Shown here: positions 50,957 to 61,637 of the stretch, piece after piece
Layout: every line of letters begins with the position of its first letter
Position numbering within the stretch: position 1 is the stretch's first letter
From: Phallusia mammillata
Taxonomy: Eukaryota
Direction of reading: 5' to 3'
Length of the DNA stretch: 64,000 nucleotides
Assembly: GCA_965637545.1 (NCBI GenBank)
Contig: OZ281497.1
Span: forward strand, 17,298,001-17,362,000
Made by a program: the position numbers and the translations under genes
The notes under the pieces: model-generated
What the model was told of the DNA's origin: nothing
Database searches by the model: none
Seen by the model: the letters and a program-made list of their open reading frames with translations, nothing else

Positions 50957-51930
50957 GATTTGGTTGAAAGTCAAAAACACTCACTAATGAGTGGCAAGCC
51001 ACATTTTTTAAAAATGCAATGTAAAAATGCTTCAAAGACCATTAATCGGAGACGGTACCACCCTGATGTGGTTCATTGGGTAATTGAGTTGTTTACTAGA
51101 GCTTCAGCAGCATATAATCATCTCAGAACCAGTGGTGTTCTTATATTGCCATCATCACGTGGGTGTATGTAAATACCACTTGACCGCTGTGACCGCTGTG
51201 GCCACTGTGGCCAGCCTGTACACACTTTCTAAATGCTGTGGCCAACCTGTAAATACTGCGTGACCGCTGTGGCCAACCTGCATATACTGCGTGACCGCTG
51301 TGGCCAACCTGTATTTACTGCGTGACCGCTGTGACCATTTTTTAACACAAGCGTTGACGGTTAGTGCTAGTGGGGTTAGGGTGAGGGTTTGTATTGGAAA
51401 TAACACTTCAATCGGGTCTCATTTACCTATACAGGTTGGCCACAGCGGTCACGCGGTATTTACAGGTTGGCCACAGCGGTCACGCAGTATTTACAGGTTG
51501 GCCACAGCATTTAGAAAGTGTGTACAGGCTGGCCACAGCGGCCACAGCGGTCAAGCGGTATTTACATACACCCTCATCACGTACTTTACAGTAGTACAGG
51601 TATAAGTTGCAATTTTACACATAATTTTTTAAACTGACATACCATCACACAATCCTAAAAAACACTGTATGGTAGATTGTTAAAAATATTGGCTCTGGTG
51701 CATGTGGTATCAATATCAACCAATTGGCAGTCAATGCTCTGTGGATGAAAAGTTAGTTTACAGCAGCAATTTATGCACTTTTTCATGTTTTTTTTTAATT
51801 TATTATTTTCATGTAGTCAAGAAAATTGGTATTCTAGGAAGGCCACTTAGTTGGATTTATTGACTACGGGGCCAGAAATGCAGACACCATAATGGCAACC
51901 CATATATGTAGTTATGTAGCAAGGTGGTAC
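50957..51930 (+). mobile_element. Decayed P-element/THAP9-like transposase relic with introns
   Basis: RRYHPDVVHWVIELF..AYNHLRTSGVLILPSSR|TLQ (interrupted by a MITE), then a DE..K-like motif and GHLVGFIDYG..MATHI; in-frame stops present. Family assignment is from motif recall only. Confidence 0.6.
51161..51573. mobile_element. Foldback/Mutator-like MITE with ~140-bp TIRs built from ~31-bp tandem units
   Basis: GGGTGTATGTAAATACC..GGTATTTACATACACCC termini; perfect 9-bp TSD TCATCACGT; unit GCGTGACCGCTGTGGCCAACCTGTAAATACT. Confidence 0.9.
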
Positions 51931-52459
51931 ACATAATGCAAATTGTCCAATTCAGCGAATTCAAAGTCCAAACTTGCTACATAAATAAGGTTAATTGCCA
52001 TTTTTTTATGATATTATTAAGAAAATTCCAAAAACTAAAACATTTTTATCAAACTAAACGTCGCAGCTCAAAAAAACTATCGACAAGACGACAAAATATG
52101 TGTATGTTCTTACCTATGCCCACGAAATGTGTACTTGTTCATTCAAGCGTGCAACGTCTGAAGGAAGGCAAAACCAATATATTCGCATTCATGGTAATTA
52201 AGTAGATTTGTTAAAATAAAAATGTTCAAAAAATACATCAACATAGCATAACTACACATTAAAAGTTACATCTTGTTCTATGTAGTAATTCACCCGAGAG
52301 ATTTTTTTAAATATTTAGTCGGCAGACGAGTTGCGCATCTAGTGGTAAGCACTTTTTTCCAAGGAATGCAGCCTGACTACCATGAATAAAAATGTACGCA
52401 TTATGACGTCACATACCGTTGTAAACAAACTGGCGCCAGTTTGTGTTCTTGGTTTTAGG

Positions 52460-52942
52460 CAAAGTCTATACAAAACACAAGTTGTCCAACCTATTGTTAC
52501 GCAATAAAGCCTATGTAGCCATTTTGTGTCCAAAATGATACTGTGGGTAGAGAAAAATAACACATAAATGTCTGATTTTTACAAACTGGAGAGCATAGAC
52601 GCGAATTTGATTCGCCAAATTGAATGAAAATTTCGAGTTCTAACATTTCACCGTAATATTAAAAGCTAAATTGCTGTTTTTCATGTAAATTTGGCCGCTT
52701 ATTTTTCATGTAAACTTTAAATATTTGCGTTCAGCGTGCATTATCACGCTCAAATGTTAGAACCCAAACGTTTTATTCGATTTTGCCTATCAAACACGCG
52801 TTAAATCCCACCAGTTTGTAAAAATCAGACAATTTATGTGTTTTTCCCTATACCTGCTGTATTAATTTGGACACAAAATGGCGTCCATGCGGCTCTATCG
52901 CGTAACAATGGGTTGGACTACTTGTGTTTTATATATACTTTG
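52460..52942. mobile_element. 483-bp imperfect-palindrome MITE, copy 2, nested in the Mutator-like element
   Basis: CAAAGT..ACTTTG termini; 8-bp TSD GTTTTAGG (10-bp GGTTTTAGGC if the termini are trimmed by one base). Confidence 0.85.
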
Positions 52943-54170
52943 GTTTTAGGCAGGTAAGTTATATTGTGTACGCTCTCAAAAGGAGTTTGAGGTACTTATT
53001 AAACATTAAATGCGTATAAACACTCCCATATAAAAGATTCAATGTTAGGGTTGATTCTGATGAAGTTTTGCTCCTACTCGTGAACTTCACTGTCCTGTTT
53101 TTTTAATATATATACTCGAACTATTTTATTCAACATCGAATTTTTAACACAGTTGGGAGACCCAGCCATATTGCGACTTAAATGACTAACAAAACGGAAC
53201 TGTTCTCCCTTTTTAAATGGAAACTTTTTCTGAGAAATGAAGACCACAAAGCTGTGCAAATGCCTTTTTATTTTTGGTATAAACTCCACCCAGAACCTAC
53301 TACACCATACACAATGTTTTGATCATGCATTAATATCCTAACATAAAACACAGTTTACTGGCTAGTTTGAAGCAAACATGTTTGCGATTTTCTTAAAAAA
53401 GCATTTAATCATACAATTGTAATTACAGAAGCCATATTTTTGTTTTAAACAAAAAAATCCATGTTTCACATTCTCTTTCACATTTCTGTTTTGTAACATT
53501 TTACTGTTTGTGCCAGTGCATTGCAAAAGGCTGTTTTATTCATAAATTAAACACACATAAAATATGAGTCCTTTAGTTATATAGAGTACAAGCCTGTGAC
53601 TGTCATTAAAAAGGCAAATTAGGTAATCATATTGATTTTGAAATTGTATTGTAAATGAATCAATAAACAATCATCAGTTTTTCAAAAACTTCAGAAAGAA
53701 AATAAGGAATATTCATTTTTATTACAATATTAAACTGAAAGTATACAATTTGATTGAAATAGGTACAGTAAAATTTGACCGTAGTGAGAAGGTTTTTACC
53801 AACAAAAATACCAAAAACACATTTGCTGAAAGATGTGGCAGGTTTGTCAATTAGAACAAAAACCTCAAGTTATTGGTATATTTAGCTCCTGATGTTAATT
53901 AAACCTTAACTGAGTCTTCCTCACAAAATGTAAAAATAACCCAATAGTACCAAGAAAAAAATCTGCACTCAGCATGCATAAAAACAGCTTCCATCATATA
54001 AACTATCTTCAAATGTCATTTGTGGTAAATAATCATACAAGGAAAAAAAACTGTTTGTACTACTGTATTCGACAACCAAGTTCTAATTGGTTGGAGAAAT
54101 GATTAATTGGGTAATAACCAACACCCAGACAATATGTAATCTTTATTCTGACTGCCTGTAGAATGTAGAC

Positions 54171-54321
54171 CAGTGGTTTTTAACCTTTTTTTCGCACCCC
54201 CTGGGTTTTTTAATTATATAGAATAGATCTAACCAACCTTAATGATTCAGCATCCCCGCACCCCCTAGGAACAGTTCTCACACCCCTTGGGGGTACGAGA
54301 ACCCTTGGTTAAGAACCCCTG
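54171..54321. mobile_element. Short hAT-like MITE nested in the Mutator-like element
   Basis: CAGTGGTTTTTAACC..GGTTAAGAACCCCTG termini; perfect TSD ATGTAGAC. Confidence 0.88.
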
Positions 54322-56453
54322 ATGTAGACATTGCTAAAGAAATACTAAACCTTTTCAACAAAAATAAAACTACCATGGCAACAGATTTACATATTGTATG
54401 AGCAATAAATTTTGTACATTGGAAGAAAATTTAGTATAGCCATATACACTGCAAAAATACCTGCGCACAATTATCAGCCCGATAACACAGGCACGCATGC
54501 TGGAGATTTTATGTGAGAGTGGGTTGCACAGAAAGAAAGTGTACTGCAAGTCTGCAACCAACAAAATCTGTATTAGAAAATAGAAAAAAAATGTTTTTAA
54601 GTATTTCTAGAAGTTGCACTTTTTTCAGTCATAAACACCATGCACTCACTGGATGACAATAGTAACTGACCAAATTTCTTGTTGATGCTATCATCTTGTG
54701 TAAACATCACCTCATTGCAAGAAGCATCTTTTACTTGTTTATGAGATCTGTTTATAAATTCAGAATCAATATTGATGTAAAAACCTGAACTTTCTAAATT
54801 AGTAAAATTAGTAACTAAAAGTTAAGTTTTTATGAGGAACACAGTATGTACTATTTTGAGTGAGTATTCATTTTTTAAGGCAAGGGTCTTTGGTTAACTG
54901 GACATTTTTAATGAAGCAAAATCCTTTCAAAAATTAGGTTTTTTTTCTGTTAACTTGTGAAGTTTCTGTTATTTATGTCTGTTCTTAATCTGACACAAAA
55001 AATATGTTTGTGTTCTGCCATCTGATACCTACCTCACACTTATTGGTTGATTTCTTGCCCCTGATTTAAACACCATTTTGCTGCTTTTGTAATTGGCAGA
55101 CAAAATTGTTAAAGTTGAAAAATATGTTCCCAATGGTGATGGCCATGGCATGTCAGTCAGGAAAAAAGGTTTCGCCCATCAGAACCAAATGCTTTCACCA
55201 GTGGCTGACTTGATGCTGTAGACTTAAAGGGCACATGACCTGTATTATACTATTTTAGTATACTATAAGATATTTTAAAATTTTAGTCAACTATAGTACA
55301 GTGTAGCTGTTCTTTATACAGTCTTTCTAAAAAAACAAACAAAAATACATTGTGTGATATTAAACAGGTTGCAGACGATGTTCGCGACTTTGCGCAAAAT
55401 AAATTACAATTCTGTTATCCGTAAAGTTTTTTTAACAAAAATAGTTGGTGCAGACTGCAGACTACATGTCACATTATAACAAGAAGCCAGGTATCACCAC
55501 GCGCCAAATTGAAACCAACTACCATGACGGAAACAATCACCTGGCTATAGTTACCGTAGTCAGGCTGCATTCCTTGGAAAAAAGTGCTTACCGCATCTAG
55601 TGAATTAAGTTATCTATGATAAAAGACAAATCACGTGAAAGTTATGATCACATGACGTTTCCTGCGAAAAAAAGGTAAACATGATATCCGATACAGTACA
55701 GACGTTAAAAATACAATTTGGCTTTGTAAACAATTCTTAAAATGTCTTTCCGCAAAAATTTATCAAAATAGTTGCAAATCAAGGAACAAATTGACAATTA
55801 ATTTACAAAATATTTATGTTCTCGCCATTTTTGAAATCGTAGGTTCGTTCCTAGTGCTACGGATTAAAAATAAACTTTAAGCAAGCAAGTGCAAGCAGTG
55901 ACAAAACAATCGAAGTCAAGCAATCAAAGTTATTAAACGTCAATATTTTCTAAAATTTAAAGAAATCGTTTGAGGTAAGTTTTTGTTTAACGTTAAAATA
56001 TATTGGTATCAAAAATAAATATATTCTTTACTTTGTTGAGTCGCTGATTTTTACATTAGTGCATAGGTAAACGTGATTTTGTTTTTGTACTTAATGTGTT
56101 TGAAATTTGAATGTTTGCAAGCATTTGTTACTTGTGTCAGTCGTCAGCGGATAATATATTAGTTTTCCATGTTTAAGCTGTAGTAGTGGTGGTCATATAA
56201 TATGAATTGGTTGTAATAGAAAATAATAATTTGTCTTCAATACTGGTGTAACAATATACTGTTGGTTATGCAAGTGTCATAGTATTTACTGTTATATAAT
56301 GAGATGAGCTTTCAAAAACTCCTTGAATTAACAGCTAGTATATCTATATGAATTGTATATAAATATAATTGGTGTATTTTTGTATTTGAACATGAATATA
56401 GAAGTTTTTAAAGTGAACCATGTGTAAACTTTTACGCAGAGAAAGAAAAAAAC

Positions 56454-56693
56454 ATGCTTAGCGCGTGGGCAGTATTTGCTATCGTCACCATTTTCTGGTT
56501 GGTAGTTGGTGCACTTGGACCTTGGTTAGTGCCAAAAGGTTACTACAAAGGTGTTTACCAGACAATGATTATCACTACAGCAGTATGTTGCTGGCTGCAC
56601 TGGTTTCTCACCTACATGTCTCAGTTGAATCCTTTGATTGGACCAAATCTTTCAAATGGAATGGTATACATGATGATGTGGGTGTGGGACTGA
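56454..56693 (+). CDS. ATP6V0E: V-type proton ATPase V0 subunit e (single coding exon)
   Basis: 79 aa, two hydrophobic helices, motifs FW..VG..GPW.VPKG, TAVCCWL.W...Y.SQLNPLIGP. Acceptor at 56438-56439 just upstream of the ATG; candidate 5'UTR donor GAG|GTAAGT at 55974/55975. Confidence 0.92.
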   Translation: MLSAWAVFAIVTIFWLVVGALGPWLVPKGYYKGVYQTMIITTAVCCWLHWFLTYMSQLNPLIGPNLSNGMVYMMMWVWD

Positions 56694-57892
56694 AACTGTC
56701 ATAAACATTTTAGATGTGCAATATTCCTTGTTGTATGGCTAGTTTTGCCAATTTATGTTTATTTAACACAACTATAATTTAGTTGTGTAACACATTTCTT
56801 TCTTCTCTTTGTATGTTGTTATTTTATGTCTTGAATTTGTTTGTAACTCTTCTGCAACTTTGTTTTGCTGGCTTGTAACCTCTTAAAGCACTACTCTGAA
56901 ATGTATTGCAACAAGCCTCAAAAAAGCATATCCAAATACAAACAACTGGACAGTTAAGAATCAAACTGTGGCAGTGATGAAAATAGTTGTCTGAGGTTTA
57001 TTTTTTCACATTAAAATGTATGTAAGACATTATTGTATTGGTGAACAGTCAGAAAAATTAATGCAGAAAAAGCAATTTTGCACATATGCATTTAAGTTGA
57101 ACAAACCTTGTTTAAAAAATGGTTTTAAAATTAAACTGAATGTACACAGCGCAAATACTTGTGAAGGCTCATTATTGCATTAAAAAGTATTTAAGAATAT
57201 ATCAGCCAGTCTGCCACCAACTGGAGTCTTTTTTGTTTTTATGGGTGTTGTCATAAAAGGATTAAAAAGCATGTGACAGAAAATGGACATTGTTTGCAAG
57301 TAGTTATTGAGCTAAAAATGTAGACTACATACAGGCCTTTTTTAAGCTGAAATTGTGAACTGGTGTTTGCAGCTACACAGAATGTCCAAAATGGTGTTTT
57401 AAAGGGCCTGGCGTACTATGATTTAATCAGTTTTATTTCTTGAGACAAACTATTAGTATGAAACTTTACTGCAAAATTTATGCTGCCTTGTAGAACAAAT
57501 AAACTGCAGTCGGCTGGTAATTTCCTAGCATTGCATATAAAAGCACACATTTGGAATCAAGGATGTGTTTACTGTATTATTATCATTTTGAAAAAAAAAA
57601 CAATGCAAAAGATCAAAGAACATAATTTCACAAAGTGCACTGGGACACAATCACACTTGAATGGTTGAAGACTGCAGACAGTATTGTTTCAATATACATG
57701 TGTTACTGCAAAATTTTGATTAGTGACACTGATAAAGTTAGGTTGGCCATTATAATAGATTCATTTACAGTGTGAAAAATCCAATGTTGCTGCAAAATTA
57801 GTAAAATTCCATGTCATACTTCTGACTTAATCACAATGAATTTTGAAAAACAAAATGGTGGATAGATGAATGATACAACGTATGCTGGAAAT

Positions 57893-59999
57893 CTATTTCA
57901 ATTGGGGTCGGCCAGCAACAACAGAGTCCTCAATACCACACTCATTGACGCCCCGCTTGATCTTGAAGAAACCCTCTGCTCCCCAATCACTGTTCCAGCT
58001 ATTGGCAACCAACCAATATGGTGTACCTTCCTCTGTTCCCCAACCAATTATCTTAATTGCATGGCCACCAAGTACACCTCCAGTGACATGTTGATAAACA
58101 CCTAAAATATTTGAGCATTATTTCACAGAAATGTACTTTGTCGGTAGATTGTTCACAAACGCAACCCAACAAGGACTTTAGAGAAGTTCAACCAAACTTG
58201 ATTGACCCAAAAAGAGAGTGTTAATCCTGTTTAATAGTTAACCCAAATGGTTAATCTGACTAAAAAGCTGTTAAACAATTTAACCCAAACGCAAGCCACA
58301 CACTCACCACTCTTGTAAGTCGGGAAATCTGCATAAACAGTGAAAGCAGCCTCGACAGGCCCATGCTTCTGTATTTCAGCTTGTATTTGTGACACATCAG
58401 AGCTAATTTCATATGAGTCTGCACCAAAGTGGAGATCTTTTTTGTAGTTCTCAGTAGTATTGCCCATACATGCTCTTTCACACTTTGGAGTGGATCCACC
58501 TTCACTACATTTTGGTCGTTTACCTAAAAGTAAAAATCGTTTTTTTGAAAAATTATCAACCTTTTCAACTGTTTTGAATGAAAAAGTAACAAATTTTATT
58601 ACATCGTTAGGCAAAAACAAATGTTTGTTGCTCAGAGTGGGACAAATCACAGCATTTCACCTATTGTTAGGTAATGAGCATAACAAAAGATCAGCTACAG
58701 AGTAAACTGTTTGTGTCATGTGACATGTTAGCAATTGATTAACAAACTAAGCTGCTGGCACTGAACAAATGAGAAATAGGTCCCTAAGCATTCAATTGCC
58801 TAGTAATGGCTGTTGGCCAACTTTTCTAGGAAGTTGGTGCAGGAAATGCTTTGTCACGAGATTTAACTTCACGTGACACTGATGTTTGCTAATTTATCTT
58901 GCTGAGTTACCTATTTTTGTGTGGCATCTAATGCAGTATAGTTATACGTTTCCTTTTTATAACAAACATTCCTCATAACTACCTTCAACATGATGCTCGC
59001 ATGGTGGAATAGAGTAGGGTTGGCAATATTGGTCATTACCATATAAGAAACCGGTGACTAGCCCCTCATTAACCCAATGCCTCCAGGCACCAGCTGGGTA
59101 TCCACCATTACATCTACAAGGACGCAGTTTTCTTATTATTTAAACATGCAATACATTCTAGAGACACATATGAACTAATTAAGGTTTTGTAATCTAGTTT
59201 AGGTTATATGTAAAAAAAGTCGAATTAATTTGCAATTGTGTCATTAAAGGCACAAACAGGCTGCAACATTTACCCATCTCCACATGTGATACCACAGCAG
59301 GTCAGCATATCTTGTGCAGAAATTTCAGTTTTGATGGCGCCTTTACTGAAAATGCACAGCCTATCAGACATTGCTTCCACTGCACCAAATGCCCAACATG
59401 AACCACATGATCCCTGAAAATACACATTTAGTCATCAAAATTATATATGTTTGTATGCAAAATTATGCAATACCCATTTCAATGTTCTATTTATGACACA
59501 CATCCATTTTGAATAAAAGAGTAATATATTTACCTGGTCACGAACAGCCTTTATTGAAGGACAATTTGGCCAATTTGTTCTTGAATCAAATGTTTCAGGG
59601 AGATCTTTCTCATCAACTTCATGAAACCTGTGGTCCCCCAACAGAAGATTGATTAACAGCACATTCCATTAAAATAATTAAAACAATAAAACCTCACATT
59701 ACTGGAAGTACATATTTCAAATCAGTTTCCTGCTTCACACCACATAAAACTTTCAAGTCAGATGGAAGGTAGTTTTTAGGGTCAAAGTTGTGGGCAGCCT
59801 GTAACAAAATTTACATTTTTAAAAGACCAAAACAAAAATGCCTAATACAAAAAGATTCAAAAGTAAAACAAAAAAGTACCTTCCATGTTGTGTGAAGGGA
59901 ATTCACGGTGTTCACGATTTCGTAGAAGTTTTGTTCCTTTGTCACAACATAAGCTTGCGCTACGCACAAAACAGCCAACAAAAAACCCAAAACTTTCAT
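57893..59999 (-). CDS. CTSB: Cathepsin B, intact, 7 exons
   Basis: [13 protein letters not shown] (Gln23, Cys29), occluding loop [16 protein letters not shown] (His199), ANSWN (Asn219); signal and propeptide present. Confidence 0.95.
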
Positions 60000-60523
60000 A
60001 TTGAATAAAAAATAACAAAATCTAAATAAAATTTCTGAAACAGCACAGTTCAAATTAAGATTAAATTTAAGCAACATTCGTTGGCCACTACATTAACATT
60101 TGACAAACGAACGGTCGTCGCCATCAAAGCTCAACAACACGAACGCCTCGTTTCAGTCAACACGCTTTGTTGCAATTGTTGGTGTCTCGTGACTGAGCAA
60201 TTAGGCTATGTCGTGCAAAATTGCAAATGGAAAAAAAGAAAATTGCGTCATACAGCAATAACAGCACTGCCTATTTGTCCAATTTTTACTGGATTGGATT
60301 ATCCCTTTTCCTTTACCAGCTGCTTTTATAAGTGCCTCAGCATTTCAAGACTTTTATATGTTTCCAGTTATGATTTTTTAGAATCAAGTTCGATTTTGCT
60401 TGACAGACTCACCTTTGTTTTCGGGCAGTGACGTATTAGGTTCAAACTTGTTTGGTGTATTCTAATACTACCACGCTAAAACATAAGAAAACTGGCTTTG
60501 GGAACTCCGCCAGCACCCTATTT

Positions 60524-60672
60524 TCGTCTCTGTGCCCGCTGTATTATTCGCTCATTGCTCTGAAGAAGTCCTACCTTTCTGGTGGACGAAACGTCAGCAA
60601 AAATACAAGTTCTTGAAAACAACAACTGGTATTTTGTTTAGAATTACACCAGTTGAACGAAATAATTTATTA
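60524..60672 (+). mobile_element. 149-bp hammerhead-bearing Penelope-like mini-insertion
   Basis: 12-bp direct repeat AGCACCCTATTT at 60512-60523 and 60673-60684 flanking a hammerhead core and a 3' hairpin CAACTGGT..ACCAGTTG. Confidence 0.75.
60555..60600 (+). ncRNA. Minimal type I hammerhead ribozyme
   Basis: Stem I TTGCT/AGCAA; core CTGAAGA-A; stem II GTCC(T)ACC-TTTCT-GGT-GGAC; GAAA; palindromic ACGT stem III; GTC cleavage triplet ending at 60595. Confidence 0.8.
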
Positions 60673-61061
60673 AGCACCCTATTTGTTGCACATTAAGAAA
60701 AAACAATGATCTCAATTTTTGTTTTGTTGGTTTTAGATCACCATGCAAACGCTTGACGATCGAATAAATGTGCACATAGGCGCCGAGTGGACGGTGGCGG
60801 GGTGGCGCGGCCACCTTGGGTTTGTAAAGCACGGTGGCGGCCACCGTGGATATTTTGAATTGTTTGTAGCGGTATCGTACAAAACATCGTAAAATTTGGA
60901 ACAATTTTGCTTTTAAACAAGCGTACTGGTAAAAAAGCAACAAAATGTGCCGAAACTGCAACCTGTTTTGGTTAGTGTCTTGTTTATAACGTCAAACACA
61001 CAATTGTTGACATTAAATGTGTGGCCATTATTGTGTACAATGCGATTGTACTGTAATAAAC

Positions 61062-61254
61062 GGTAGAGCTACTAACACTGAGCTTCACCTTTGGCCCGAC
61101 CTGGGAACTTCTGGTAGGTGGCGCAAAAGAGCATAGGCGTTTATGGTGCTGACTCAGCAATTATTCTTACCATAAACGCCTATGCTCTTTTGCGCCACCT
61201 ACCAGAAGTTCCCAGGTCGAGCCAAAGGTGAAGCTCAGTGTTAGTAGCTCTACC
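61062..61254. mobile_element. Near-perfect foldback Mutator-like MITE
   Basis: 86-bp arms with 1 mismatch, 21-bp loop, perfect 9-bp TSD GTAATAAAC. Confidence 0.92.
61147..61159. promoter_or_regulatory. Perfect T-MARE/ARE motif TGCTGACTCAGCA
   Basis: Exact 13-bp Maf recognition consensus in the MITE loop, ~1.15 kb upstream of the CTSB ATG. Function untested. Confidence 0.4.
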
Positions 61255-61637
61255 GTAATAAACAGGTATTTTGGTGATACGAGAGCAACTATTAGACGAA
61301 ACGTTTCCTTAACGTTGCTAAACCAATAATAACGTTAAAGCAAAGTGTTTTAAATGAACATTATTTCAAATATTTTGACGAACGTCGCATTTTTTAGTTG
61401 GAGCTCGATCGTGCGGTTGTTCGCTTTGGTGACGTCATAATTTACGTCCGCCACCTTGCATTTTTGTACAATTCGGCGCCTATGGATGTGCACATAATTT
61501 ACGTAGGAATACAAAAGCAATAAAACAACAATCAAACTTTTGCAAACGTGGTTTAACAATATCACATTTGTGGCGATTAGGCTTAAGGCAACTTTAAAAC
61601 AAAATATGATTTGGCCATTCAATTCAAGAGAAGCATT

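Larger units (their letters stand above)
52344..55592. mobile_element. 3.25-kb Mutator-like non-autonomous element
   Basis: 37-bp perfect TIR GGTAAGCACTTTTTTCCAAGGAATGCAGCCTGACTAC; perfect 9-bp TSD GCATCTAGT at 52335-52343 and 55593-55601. Confidence 0.85.

Noticed and set aside
51155-51605. Repetitive ORFs and ~31-bp repeats resembling a CRISPR array or repeat protein
   Set aside because: No unique spacers, eukaryotic context; fully explained as TIRs of a foldback MITE with a 9-bp TSD.
53057-53095. CTGATGAAG followed by a possible stem (third hammerhead?)
   Set aside because: No GAAA or cleavage triplet follows.
56465-58105. Overlapping or antisense ORFs (56465..56704, 57866..58105, 57870..58094; likewise 4946..5209 and 12250..12465)
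   Set aside because: Shadow frames of real exons (ATP6V0E, CTSB, meprin) with no independent motifs.
61295-61305. GACGAAACGTT resembling a hammerhead 3' half
   Set aside because: No upstream CTGANGA and no stem I.
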